Assembly (NCBI GenBank): GCA_963555825.3
Contig: CAUVXB020000002.1
Location: 736,001 to 800,000 of the forward strand
Source of the DNA: Alphaproteobacteria bacterium
GTDB lineage: Bacteria > Pseudomonadota > Alphaproteobacteria > JAAXGF01
Length of the DNA: 64,000 bases
Reading direction: 5' to 3'
A model generated the notes under the pieces. That model saw nothing but the letters and a program-made list of their open reading frames with translations. It did not search any database and had not been told where the DNA came from. The position numbers were made by a program, and so were the translations under genes. Below, piece after piece: positions 34,301 through 43,075 of the stretch. How positions within the stretch are numbered: position 1 is the stretch's first letter; each line of letters begins with the position of its first letter.

Positions 34301-34348
34301 CATGAGGAATCGACTTTTTACCGCCCCGTCAAGATTCGGTTATAGCTC
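31348..34348 (-). mobile_element. IS1182/IS5-like element (transposase 32671-34281) capped at both ends by 19 bp of IS256 termini
   Basis: Inner IRs ACGGGGCGGTAAAAAG; DUF772-like N-terminus with RMDST, DPDASY.HKG.GY, GDSHYG and YRWRAGIEAT motifs; outer 19-mers are identical to the ends of the IS256 at 7555-8929. Confidence 0.85.
31474..32638 (-). mobile_element. IS630-family element (orfA 32033-32554, orfB 31491-~32066, frameshifted) nested in the above element
   Basis: TACCAAC..GTTGGTA ends; A7 slippery run near 32062; WFQDEA, DRAGWH and LPSRSPELNPVE motifs. Confidence 0.9.
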
Positions 34349-35036
34349 CCAGGAACGCCCGATATGCCCCTACGATACATTCACACCCGAGCAGCGGATC
34401 GTATTCGTCACTGACTATCAGGAAGGCCCCTATCTGCTGGACCCGTTTTATCAGGTATATGCGGACCGGTTAGAGGCCGGCTTGTATCGGCTGCGCGAGA
34501 TCGCGCCGGACCGGTTCTATCACTCGGAGTATTTTCGATCATACTATCGCCGCACCGGACTGGCCGAAGAGATCGGCTTCCTGGTGTCCCCGCCCCACGA
34601 CATGATGCTGGTGATATCCCTGATGCGGGCCGGCACCAGCACGCCGTTCAGTGACCGAGACATGAACAAACTGCGTCGTATGGAACCGATCGTTCATGCC
34701 TCGGCGGCGCGACATTGGCGAAATCTGGGACATCCCCAGTCCCGCGAGACAGAGGCGGAAACGGCCCGACCACGGCTGAACCTTCAAGTCACCAGCGCTT
34801 TCGAGAATTTCGGCGACGGCGTTCTGACAAGCCGTGAACGCGAGGTGGTGCGCATGGTATTGCGCGGTCATTCATCCAATTCCATCGGACGCCAATTTCA
34901 AATCACCACCGGGACGGTCAAGATTCATCGCAAGAACATCTACGCGAAACTCGGGATTTCCTCCCAGTCCGAGCTATTTTCCCACTTCATCTCCTTCCTG
35001 TCGGGCATTGTGGAACCGGGCGAAGTTGGTCGGTAA
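34349..35036 (+). pseudogene. LuxR-family regulator, 5'-truncated
   Basis: YLLDPFY..G.YRL..APD.F..SEY..YY; LTSREREV..LRGHSS..I....ITTGTVKIHRKNIYAKLGI. Confidence 0.85.
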
Positions 35037-35438
35037 GAGCGCGTTCAAGGACGACATCCCACCGAGGGCACTGTCATGTAGTGAACCCAGCGAATTGGTG
35101 GTGCGGCAATTCCCTGATCGGTCAGAGAAATTCCTTGTTCCGCGCAAAAATTACCCGGTTCTAAGTTTTAGGGATTTCTCTTCTTAAGCTATTGGAGTTA
35201 TTGGGTGTTTGGAGGTTGGCGAAGCCGACTTCGGGCCGGTTTTATTGAGAAATTGCCTGTATTTTCCTCTGGTTAACGGGGAATCACGGCCAGAGACGGG
35301 TTCGCCGCAGGCTATCCTTTCCGCCAACATTTCAGGGGGTCAGCCTCGGTCATCGCGTTCGAGGACCGTTCCGTCCGTGCCGGGGTTCGTGCCGGCCCCG
35401 TGTCTCGCGCGGCGCTGCACGCCGGCGGCAACCGCGCG

Positions 35439-35687
35439 TTAACCCTCTGGCGGCAAGATCTCCTGGATACAAACGTCGTCGACCAGGTGTTCGCGTTTGA
35501 GGTCCGCCAGATGCGCCCGCTTATGCTCGTTCGGCAGATCGGCGCCGATGCCGGCCGTCATGGCAAGGACGAGCGAGCGGTCGCTCATGTCGAGCCAATA
35601 ACCGCGGCGCACCAGTTTGTCGTTCTCGTCTCTGGCAAACGGGTCGTCGGGATTGGCGCCGAGGTCGGGCTTGTAAAATTGGAGCAT
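35439..35687 (-). CDS. Hypothetical protein (82 aa)
   Basis: Compact ORF with host-like codon usage and a GAGG RBS. Confidence 0.6.
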   Translation of the reverse strand: MLQFYKPDLGANPDDPFARDENDKLVRRGYWLDMSDRSLVLAMTAGIGADLPNEHKRAHLADLKREHLVDDVCIQEILPPEG

Positions 35688-35749
35688 CGCTCGTTCGTCC
35701 TCGACGATTTACGCGGCGGCGCGGATGCGCCCAAACCGGGGCCTATTGG

Positions 35750-35800
35750 TGGTAGCGGAGGAGGGACTCGAACCCCGACACGCGGATTATGATTCCGCTG
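35750..35800 (-). repeat. att site: duplicated 3' portion of tRNA-Met
   Basis: Matches 45633-45684 apart from a 1-nt deletion in the C run. Confidence 0.95.
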
Positions 35801-35925
35801 TCGAAGCTTTGCATCTGCTTTCTAGCAATTGCCGGAAATTTCGTAATCTATTGATAAACCGTATGTAAAGTCGTTCTCCAGTTTGCGTTTGCTTTCCGGT
35901 CAATGCGCCAATATCCTGTCTCTGT

Positions 35926-35945
35926 GGTGACATCCTGGTGACACG
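35926..35945 (+). promoter_or_regulatory. Putative integrase arm-type sites (GGTGACA tandem)
   Basis: GGTGACATCCTGGTGACACG here; GGTGACATCATGGTGACACG at 45567-45586 plus an inverted copy CGTGTCACC at 45597-45605. Confidence 0.7.
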
Positions 35946-35956
35946 GAGGCAAAATC

Positions 35957-37150
35957 ATGCTCACCGAGCGCATCATACGGGACGCCAAATCCAAAGGCAA
36001 GGCGAGGACGATCTGGGACGGCGAGGTCAAGGGCCTCGGGCTCCAGATCACCCAGGGCGGCAAGAAGAACTACGTCATCCGCTACATGGTCTGCGGTCGG
36101 AAGCGCCAGGCGATCCTCGCCCGTGCCGGCGAGACATCACTACGGGACATCCGAAAGCGGGCCGGCGAGGAAATGGTGCGAATTCGTTCCGGCGAGACCG
36201 ACCCTCTGACGCGCCGGGACGCAGCGAGGCAGGCGCCGACCGTGGCGGAAGGGGTACAACGGTTCTTCGAGGAATATTGCCCGCGCCGGATTGCTAACGG
36301 ACGCTTGAGCGCGCGGACCGAAACGGACTACCGGAAACAGGCGAACCTCACGATCCTGCCGGCCCTCGGGAAGCGCAAGATCGCGGACGTAACGCGCGCG
36401 GACATCGAGCGGGCCGTCGCCCCGCGCGGACCAGTGCAGCGAAACCGGACGCTCGCCCTTATTTCTCGGATGTTCAATCTGTTCGAGGATTGGGAGTGGC
36501 GAGCGCAGAACACAAATCCGGCAAAGCGAATCGAGAAGGCACGCGAGGAACCGCGCGACCGCGTTCTAGAGCCTTCCGAGCTGGCCGCGTTGGCGAGGGC
36601 ACTGACTGGCATTGAAGACAAGTACCCTGCCCCTGTTGCCGCGATCCGCGTTGCCGCCGTCACCGGCTTGCGCATTGGCGAGGTTCGGACAATCCGCTGG
36701 GAGGACGTCAGTTTCGAGACCGGTCGCCTCACAATGCCGAAGACAAAGAGCGGGCGGCGGGTTCATGACCTGCCCGCGGCGGCGCTGGAAATCCTAGCCG
36801 CCCTACCCCGCATAAACGATTGGGCCTTCACGACGGGGCGGGATGCTCCGACTACCTATCGCTATTGCCACATCGTGTTTACGGAGGCCGCGCGCGCGGC
36901 GCGCTTAGAGGACGTGCGGTTACACGACCTCAGGCGCACCGTGATGACCAGTGCTGCGGCCGCGGGCGTCGGGACTCATGTGCTCCGGGACCTGTTGGGC
37001 CACAAGACGACGGCGATGGCCGATCGTTACGTCCGCGCCGTCGGGAACCCCGTCCGCGATGCTCGCGAACAAGTAGGCGCGGCCATGGCCGCCATGATGG
37101 AGGGCAAGGGCGGAGAGGTCATTTCCATGGAGCGACACCGTGGCAAGTAA
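35957..37150 (+). CDS. int: Tyrosine integrase with N-terminal arm-binding domain
   Basis: IWDGEVKGLGL arm domain; TGLRIGE, KTK, LHDLRRT, LLGH and Y catalytic motifs. Confidence 0.95.
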   Translation: MLTERIIRDAKSKGKARTIWDGEVKGLGLQITQGGKKNYVIRYMVCGRKRQAILARAGETSLRDIRKRAGEEMVRIRSGETDPLTRRDAARQAPTVAEGVQRFFEEYCPRRIANGRLSARTETDYRKQANLTILPALGKRKIADVTRADIERAVAPRGPVQRNRTLALISRMFNLFEDWEWRAQNTNPAKRIEKAREEPRDRVLEPSELAALARALTGIEDKYPAPVAAIRVAAVTGLRIGEVRTIRWEDVSFETGRLTMPKTKSGRRVHDLPAAALEILAALPRINDWAFTTGRDAPTTYRYCHIVFTEAARAARLEDVRLHDLRRTVMTSAAAAGVGTHVLRDLLGHKTTAMADRYVRAVGNPVRDAREQVGAAMAAMMEGKGGEVISMERHRGK

Positions 37151-37490
37151 GAAACCACCGCTTGGGAGCCCCGCCGACTTGGTGGAGATATTCCGTACCT
37201 TCCTGCACGAACGCCTCGAATGGGACCTCACCCTAGATCCGCGGCTGATGTTCCGGATTCTGGAGCTTGCCGAGTTGGGATTGGATCACCCGAAAGCTCT
37301 AGAGCGCACCAAACAAGCGCAGGACCGACGTCTAGAACAAAAGGTGCGGACCCTGGCAAAGCGATACAGGACTTCGGAAACCAAGGTTCGCAAGCGGTTG
37401 CGGCGCGTAAGCAAAAATGCTGGCTATCGCTCTGACGACGCGCTCCGCAAGCGCATAGATCGGATTCGGCGGCCCTGGTTATCAGAATAG
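37140..37490 (+). CDS. Basic hypothetical protein (possible regulator)
   Basis: Overlaps the int stop codon; Arg/Lys-rich C-terminus. Confidence 0.55.
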   Translation: MASKKPPLGSPADLVEIFRTFLHERLEWDLTLDPRLMFRILELAELGLDHPKALERTKQAQDRRLEQKVRTLAKRYRTSETKVRKRLRRVSKNAGYRSDDALRKRIDRIRRPWLSE

Positions 37491-37578
37491 CCAGGACAGA
37501 ATCGGACTGAATTTGTCCGTTCTAAAGCGCGGATAAGTCGCGCAAGGTGACGGCTCCACAAACACAGGAGTTGCCACC

Positions 37579-37773
37579 GTGTTCGACCCCACCAAGCTCT
37601 ATTTTGCGAACGATCCGGCGCTGAAGGCGCTCGGACCCTACTCGACCCTCGCGCACTGGCGTTCGGAAGGGCGTGGCCCGGCCTATATCAAGATCGGCTC
37701 GCGCGTTGCCTATTCAGGCAAGGCGTTGAACGACTGGTTGGCCGCCCGCACCGTCGAACCACAAGCCGCATAG
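37579..37773 (+). CDS. AlpA/excisionase-like HTH protein
   Basis: STLAHWRSEGRGPAYIKIGSRVAY..LNDWL; CAGGAG RBS. Confidence 0.85.
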   Translation: MFDPTKLYFANDPALKALGPYSTLAHWRSEGRGPAYIKIGSRVAYSGKALNDWLAARTVEPQAA

Positions 37774-37833
37774 AGAAACCCGCCGGGCGACGACTACCGG
37801 CGGGCTTCATGGTGTTCCAACAGCGACGACGTT

Positions 37834-37903
37834 GGGGGCGGGATGGTTCCGAGGACGCTCTCTAAAAGCACGCCTTGCGGGTTCAATTCCCGCCGCCTCC
37901 ACC
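37834..37903 (+). ncRNA. tRNA-like RNA with CUA anticodon (tRNA-Pyl-like architecture) and G3-U70 pair
   Basis: Acceptor GGGGGCG/CGCCTCC+A; short D arm GGA-TGGT-TCC; anticodon loop CTCTAAA closed by GCT/AGC; T arm GCGGG-TTCAATT-CCCGC. Confidence 0.65.
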
Positions 37904-37922
37904 CCAGCCGATGGTGGCTTGA

Positions 37923-39575
37923 ATGGGCGAAATACTTATAGCACCCAGCTTCGCGGACTGGCAAGGGAAAGCCGCCGCGCTGGAATTGAGGCGCCAAGGG
38001 CGCGAACTGGTTGGTTCCTGCCCTTCGTGTGGCGGCACAGATCGCTTCGCGGTCAAACCGGTCCAGGGCGGCGCGGCGCTGATCCATTGCCGTCAGTGCA
38101 AGGGCTTCGTCGACATCTTGAAGGCCGCCGGGCTCGCCGAGGATCGCCCGACGAACGGGGCGGCACCGACCCGCGAATTCGAGTATCGCGACCTGAGCGG
38201 CAAGCACTACCACAGCGCTTTTCGCCAAGGCGACGGGCCGGGCAAGAAATGTTGGCAGCGGCCCGGCTTCAAGGGGCGCCCGCTCCCCTATCGGATCGAA
38301 CACCATGCGGATTTCGGAGACCACCCCATCGTGATCGCCGAGGGCGAGCCCAAGGCCGACCGGCTCGCGCGTCTCGGATACGCCGCCGTGGCATGGTGTG
38401 GCGGCGCGGAGGCAGTACTGCGCACCCGCTGGGACGCGCTGGGCGGCTCCGACGTGATCCTGTGGCCGGATGCCGACAAGCCGGGCATGAAGGCCATGGA
38501 GCAGCTTTCCGGCGTGCTGGAGGGGCTCGGATGCGCCGTCCGATGGGTGGCCGTGCCGGACGGCAAGCCCAAGGGCTGGGACTGCATGGACGCATCCGAG
38601 GCGGACATTCACCGGCTGATCGAGGGCGCCGGAGATTTCGTCGTCTCCCTAGGGGCGGGACGAGACGACGAAACCTTTGTGCCGTCCATGCGCGAGTATC
38701 TCGACATGGACCTGACCCCCCCCGAATTCTTGGTTGAAGGGCTGTTCACGGCGGCGGGATTGAACGCGGTCGGCGCCAAGCCGGACGCCGGCAAGACCAC
38801 GTTCGAGCGCACGCTTGCGATGGCCGTGGCGCGGGGCGAGACGTTCCTGGGGCGCCGGACGAAGCAAGGGCCGGTTTTCCTGGGGCTGTTCGAGGAAGAC
38901 CCGTCTTTCACCCGGGATTTCCTCGTGAAGCTCGGCGCGACCGCGGACGACCCGATCTATCCGTTCATCCAGCCGGCGCCGGAAGACATGTTCGACAAGC
39001 TGGCCGCATGGATCGAAACCCACCGCCCCGCGCTGGTGATACTCGACACGATGGCGAAGGCCATGCCAGGTGTCGACCTGAACGACTATTCCGAGGTGAA
39101 TCGGGCAATCACGCCATACGCCACGCTTGCCCGCACCACGCGGACCTGCATCTTGTTCGCTCACCACAACCGGAAGGGCGAAGGTGGCGACACCGGGGAG
39201 GAATTGCTCGGCTCCACCGCGATTCGGGGCAACATCGACACCACCCTCATCATCCGCACGGAAGGCGACCGCCGCGTCGTGGAGACGACGCAACGCTATG
39301 GCGCCAACATGCCGGAGACCTATCTAGACATCGACGAGGCCACGGGCCGCGTCCAAGCCGCCGGAGAGAAGCGGGAAACCCGACGATCCGACATGCGCGA
39401 GAACATCCTCTACATCGTCGGGGAGGCGGGCGAGCCGATGAAGAAATCGGACATCGAGGACAAGGTGAAGGGGAGCGGCAAGGCGATCCGCGCCATGTGC
39501 GACCAGCTTGCCGAGGAAGGCGCGCTCACATCATGGAAACAGGGCAATGCGATCATGTATGCTCTACCGAATTGA
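37923..39575 (+). CDS. Primase-helicase fusion (Zn-finger, Toprim, RecA/AAA_25-type helicase)
   Basis: GSCPSCGGTDRF..CRQC; IAEGE; LWPDADKPG; KGWD; AKPDAGKT Walker A; ILDT Walker B; HHNRK; LGSTA. Confidence 0.9.
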   Translation: MGEILIAPSFADWQGKAAALELRRQGRELVGSCPSCGGTDRFAVKPVQGGAALIHCRQCKGFVDILKAAGLAEDRPTNGAAPTREFEYRDLSGKHYHSAFRQGDGPGKKCWQRPGFKGRPLPYRIEHHADFGDHPIVIAEGEPKADRLARLGYAAVAWCGGAEAVLRTRWDALGGSDVILWPDADKPGMKAMEQLSGVLEGLGCAVRWVAVPDGKPKGWDCMDASEADIHRLIEGAGDFVVSLGAGRDDETFVPSMREYLDMDLTPPEFLVEGLFTAAGLNAVGAKPDAGKTTFERTLAMAVARGETFLGRRTKQGPVFLGLFEEDPSFTRDFLVKLGATADDPIYPFIQPAPEDMFDKLAAWIETHRPALVILDTMAKAMPGVDLNDYSEVNRAITPYATLARTTRTCILFAHHNRKGEGGDTGEELLGSTAIRGNIDTTLIIRTEGDRRVVETTQRYGANMPETYLDIDEATGRVQAAGEKRETRRSDMRENILYIVGEAGEPMKKSDIEDKVKGSGKAIRAMCDQLAEEGALTSWKQGNAIMYALPN

Positions 39576-39612
39576 TTTCGTCGTCTCGTCTCCTCTTAGG
39601 GAGACGACGAAA
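39576..39612. repeat. 12-bp perfect inverted repeat right after the primase stop (possible origin or terminator)
   Basis: TTTCGTCGTCTC ... GAGACGACGAAA with an internal CGTCTC reiteration. Confidence 0.6.
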
Positions 39613-39676
39613 CGGCACCGGCAGGATGGCCCGCCCTGCCGTCACCTTTGGCAAGCTCACTCTGAAAGAGGAACAC

Positions 39677-39958
39677 ATGACGGATACCGGAGCATTTCAC
39701 TATTTTGACCCCCGCGACACGAACCCGCCGCCCGTGCCTATCAACCTGGACGTGGCCACAACCAGACGCCTCTACCAGATCGCTGAGTGGTACGCCCGCA
39801 TCCTCAAGGCGAACGGCCACGAGCCGCCAGCCGACCCGCTGCGCTGCTTGATCGACGCGGGGGAGTCGCTGATTGCTGCCGTCCAATCGCGTGACAAGCT
39901 GTTGCGCGAGCATGGCATCGACCCTGACAAGATAAGCACTTGGACGACACTGCATTGA
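39677..39958 (+). CDS. Hypothetical protein (93 aa)
   Basis: GAGG RBS before the ATG at 39677; fills the gap before the head module. Confidence 0.6.
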   Translation: MTDTGAFHYFDPRDTNPPPVPINLDVATTRRLYQIAEWYARILKANGHEPPADPLRCLIDAGESLIAAVQSRDKLLREHGIDPDKISTWTTLH

Positions 39959-40090
39959 GGAGCTCAAAGGTACTGTGACCGCCTCGATCCTGCGTGGTCT
40001 GGGGGGGTTATCGCATGTTCTCACGTTTTTTGTGTCGGCCTGAACTGCGGTATTGACATACCGTGCTATTAGACCAATTCTAAACTGGCA

Positions 40091-41317
40091 ATGTTTGGGT
40101 TCCTGAACCGCCTTCGCGGCCCCGAGACGCGCTCCGCCGAGATCGATCTGGGCGCGTTGTACGCCTCGTTCTTCCAGTCCGGCGGCGGGGCCTTCAGTTT
40201 TTCGCAATCGCCCGCGATCTTGGTTTCCAGCTTGGGCGTGCTGGACAACGCCGGGGCACTCTTGACCCAGAGTCGACGCCTGGGGCGGCAGAGCCCGCTG
40301 CTGATCGCCTACCGCGCCGTGATCGAGTCCGGAGTGCTGACCGGCGAGCCGGAGGCCCCGGAGTACGACGACGCCGTTCCCGAGGCCGTCGTCGAGGCCG
40401 TCGCCGACTTGTGGACCGACGCGCATGACCCCGACCGCGAGCGCGACCTACTCGACCGCCTGGTCGTGGACGGCGAATTCTTGGAGCTGGACGACGGGAC
40501 GATAGTTCCGCCCGATGGTTTCGAGCCGATCATGGCGGGGCCGAAGTGGAACCGCGAGGTAGTCGGATACAAGATCGGCACGGGCTCACGCGCTCGCGCG
40601 GCGGGCCTGCGGTATGTCGGAGATCGCCCCATGGGCGCGAGCCGCGCCTTGCCGTGGATCGCCCCGGCGCTCCCCCCGGCGGCTGGCCTTCTCAATGCCC
40701 GCACCGGCGCCGCGCACGCCCTCGGCACCATGGCAAAAATCGCCTCTGTCATCTCGAACGCGAGCCCCGACCGGATCACCGCGTCGGCTGGCGTGCGTTC
40801 GGGCCTCGTGGACCAAGCCGGGACGGCGGAAGCGGAGCGCCAGCCGATCCACTCGGCGAACGTCGGATCGGTCCCGTACCTGCGAATCGGCGAGGAAGTG
40901 AAGCGCATCCAGACCGGCCCGGACGAGACGGCCCGCAAGTACGAGGCGCAGCTTGAAAAGGACGTATCTGCCGCGTTGAACATGCCCTTGAGCGAATTGC
41001 TATCCGACTACTCTACGGGCTCCTTTTCGAATCTCCGCATGGCATGGCAGGACGCCGAGCGCGAAATCGCCCGCCGCCGCCGATGGTGGCACCGCCGCTA
41101 CCGCTTGCCCCTGTATCTCGAAATCCTTTCCGACGCCTTCGCGGCGGGCCGACTCCCGCGCATGAACATGCAGACGATGGCGCAGATCAAGAAACCCGCA
41201 TGGCGCGGGCCTAAGCGGCTTCCGCCGCAACCCGAGAAGGAAGCGCAATCCCTGGCGCTCCTCGCCCGCGAGGGCATCATCACCGCCGCTGACGCGCGGG
41301 ATCAACTGGAGACCTAG
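40091..41317 (+). CDS. Phage portal protein (lambda-like C-terminal motifs)
   Basis: N-terminal MFGFLNRLRG.ETR; LVVDGE; LSELLSDYSTGSFSNLR (cf. lambda-type GDYS.VNYSS.R); P...PEKE. Confidence 0.7.
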   Translation: MFGFLNRLRGPETRSAEIDLGALYASFFQSGGGAFSFSQSPAILVSSLGVLDNAGALLTQSRRLGRQSPLLIAYRAVIESGVLTGEPEAPEYDDAVPEAVVEAVADLWTDAHDPDRERDLLDRLVVDGEFLELDDGTIVPPDGFEPIMAGPKWNREVVGYKIGTGSRARAAGLRYVGDRPMGASRALPWIAPALPPAAGLLNARTGAAHALGTMAKIASVISNASPDRITASAGVRSGLVDQAGTAEAERQPIHSANVGSVPYLRIGEEVKRIQTGPDETARKYEAQLEKDVSAALNMPLSELLSDYSTGSFSNLRMAWQDAEREIARRRRWWHRRYRLPLYLEILSDAFAAGRLPRMNMQTMAQIKKPAWRGPKRLPPQPEKEAQSLALLAREGIITAADARDQLET

Positions 41318-41321
41318 ACCC

Positions 41322-42569
41322 ATGAATAAATCCGTACAACTCGCCATCCGGGCGTCGGAAATCCGTTCGGAGATCAATGGCCTGGAGCCGGGCGACGCCA
41401 CCCTTGCGAAGCGCCGCGAGCTTCTGGACAGCCTCAACACCGTGGAGAGCGAATACCGGGCGGCACTCACGAGCGAGGCCGAGGCCGAGGTGGGTGCTGC
41501 CGACGTTCACGGCCTCACCGGCGCCGAGCGCGAGTTCCGCGAGCTGACGACGAAGGCCGAGCTTCGAATGGCGTTCCGGGCCGTCATGAACGGCGACCCG
41601 CTGACTGGAGCCGAGAAGGAGTTGCAGGAACATCGAGGTCTGTCTGGCCACTCCGTCCCATGGGATATGATCGGCCCGCGCCCCGCGCCCCGGACTGAGG
41701 ATCGCGCGGACGCCGTATCTTCCGCGCCCGCCGACAGTCACCTGCAACAACATCCGATCCTAAGCCGCGTGTTCGCCCGGAGCGCGACCGCGACCTTGGG
41801 GGTTGCAATGCCGCAGGTTCCAAGCGGCGAGCAAAATTATCCGGTTGTCACGACCACCGACTCCGCCGTGATCCTGGTGAAGGACGCCGCCGAGGGCGAC
41901 GCCGCGGACGCCGGTATCACTGCTCACGTCATCGAGCCGAAGCGGCTACAGCGGTCCTATCTGTTCCGCCGCGAGGATCAAGCAGTCCTGGGCGGCCTGG
42001 AGGAAGCCTTGCGGGCCGACCTGTCCATGTCGGTTTCCGATCTGCTCGACGCGCAAGTCCTGGCGGGCGACGGCACCACCGGAGCGCAATTCGCCGGCTT
42101 CCTGGCGACCGCCGCGAATGGCGGCTTGACCGACCGGAGCGACAGCCCGGCCCGCGTCACGTTCGCCCTGGCGGCGGCTGAGGCGGCGCGGGGCATCGAC
42201 GGCAAGTATGCCGGCGGCCTCGGCGAGTGTGCCGTCGTCATCGGAGACGACACCGCCCGCGATCTTGCGAGCAAGTTCCAGACCAACGACTCCGATTCGG
42301 CCTTGGCGTACATGGGCCGCACCACCATGAAGACGATGGCGTCCGCAAACGTCCCCGCCGCGGCTTCGATGTTCCAAGAGGGCATCGTCGGCCGCATGGG
42401 TGCTGCTGGTGCAAACGCCGTTTGTCCGGTCTGGGATTCAATGTTCATGATCCGGGACGAAATCTCTGGTCGGAAGTCCGGACAGATCGGTCTCACCATC
42501 GGCATGTTGGCCGGGTTCGACATTCTGCGCGCCGGTGGCTTCGACCGCCTCAAGTTCAAGGTCGCATAA
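41322..42569 (+). CDS. Major capsid protein (HK97-like, N-terminal coiled-coil scaffold)
   Basis: Coiled-coil N-terminus; IEPKRL; LDAQVLAGDG..QFAG; MIRDE.S...GQIGL..F.ILR..F. Confidence 0.8.
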   Translation: MNKSVQLAIRASEIRSEINGLEPGDATLAKRRELLDSLNTVESEYRAALTSEAEAEVGAADVHGLTGAEREFRELTTKAELRMAFRAVMNGDPLTGAEKELQEHRGLSGHSVPWDMIGPRPAPRTEDRADAVSSAPADSHLQQHPILSRVFARSATATLGVAMPQVPSGEQNYPVVTTTDSAVILVKDAAEGDAADAGITAHVIEPKRLQRSYLFRREDQAVLGGLEEALRADLSMSVSDLLDAQVLAGDGTTGAQFAGFLATAANGGLTDRSDSPARVTFALAAAEAARGIDGKYAGGLGECAVVIGDDTARDLASKFQTNDSDSALAYMGRTTMKTMASANVPAAASMFQEGIVGRMGAAGANAVCPVWDSMFMIRDEISGRKSGQIGLTIGMLAGFDILRAGGFDRLKFKVA

Positions 42570-42571
42570 CC

Positions 42572-43075
42572 GTGGCCTTGGAGTACCGCTACGCGACCTT
42601 GGAAGTCCGCGCCGCCGATGGCGGGCTGATCGAGGGCATCGTCATGCCCTACACGCGCGAGGCGAATATCGCCGGAGCGTTCCGCGAGTCCGTGGACGCC
42701 GGAGCGTTCGGGCAGATCAACGACGTCATCCTCAACTTGATGCACGACCACCGCGAACCGCTGGCCCGGACGGAAGGCGGCGGCCTCACCCTGGAAGACG
42801 GGGCCGACCGCTTGTTCCTGCGCGCCGACATTCCCGAGTATCGAGGCGACGTGCGGGACCAAGTGAAGCGGCGAATCCTTAGAGGTTTCAGTGTCGAGAT
42901 GGAGGTGAAGGCCGAAGACTGGCCGACCCCGGACCGCCGCGTCATTCGGGCCGCGACCCTGTGGAATATCGGCCTTGTCGATCGACCGGCCTACAGCGAA
43001 GCGACCGCCGCGATCGCCAAGCGGGCGAAGGAAGCGTGTCGAGTGGTGCCGCGCTTGTGGCCCCTGACCGTATGA
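42572..43075 (+). CDS. HK97-family prohead protease
   Basis: IEG..PY, F.E.V..GAF, LMHD..PLART, LRGFSVE and IGLVDRPAY motifs. Confidence 0.88.
   Translation: MALEYRYATLEVRAADGGLIEGIVMPYTREANIAGAFRESVDAGAFGQINDVILNLMHDHREPLARTEGGGLTLEDGADRLFLRADIPEYRGDVRDQVKRRILRGFSVEMEVKAEDWPTPDRRVIRAATLWNIGLVDRPAYSEATAAIAKRAKEACRVVPRLWPLTV

Noticed and set aside
35750-35800. Second tRNA-Met gene
   Set aside because: Only the 3' two-thirds is present, with a T-stem deletion; it is the att duplication.
37834-37903. tmRNA fragment, or a complete pyrrolysine system
   Set aside because: Both acceptor strands and a CUA arm are contiguous, which does not fit a tmRNA att remnant; there is no pylS/pylBCD and the discriminator is A rather than G, so Pyl decoding is unsupported.
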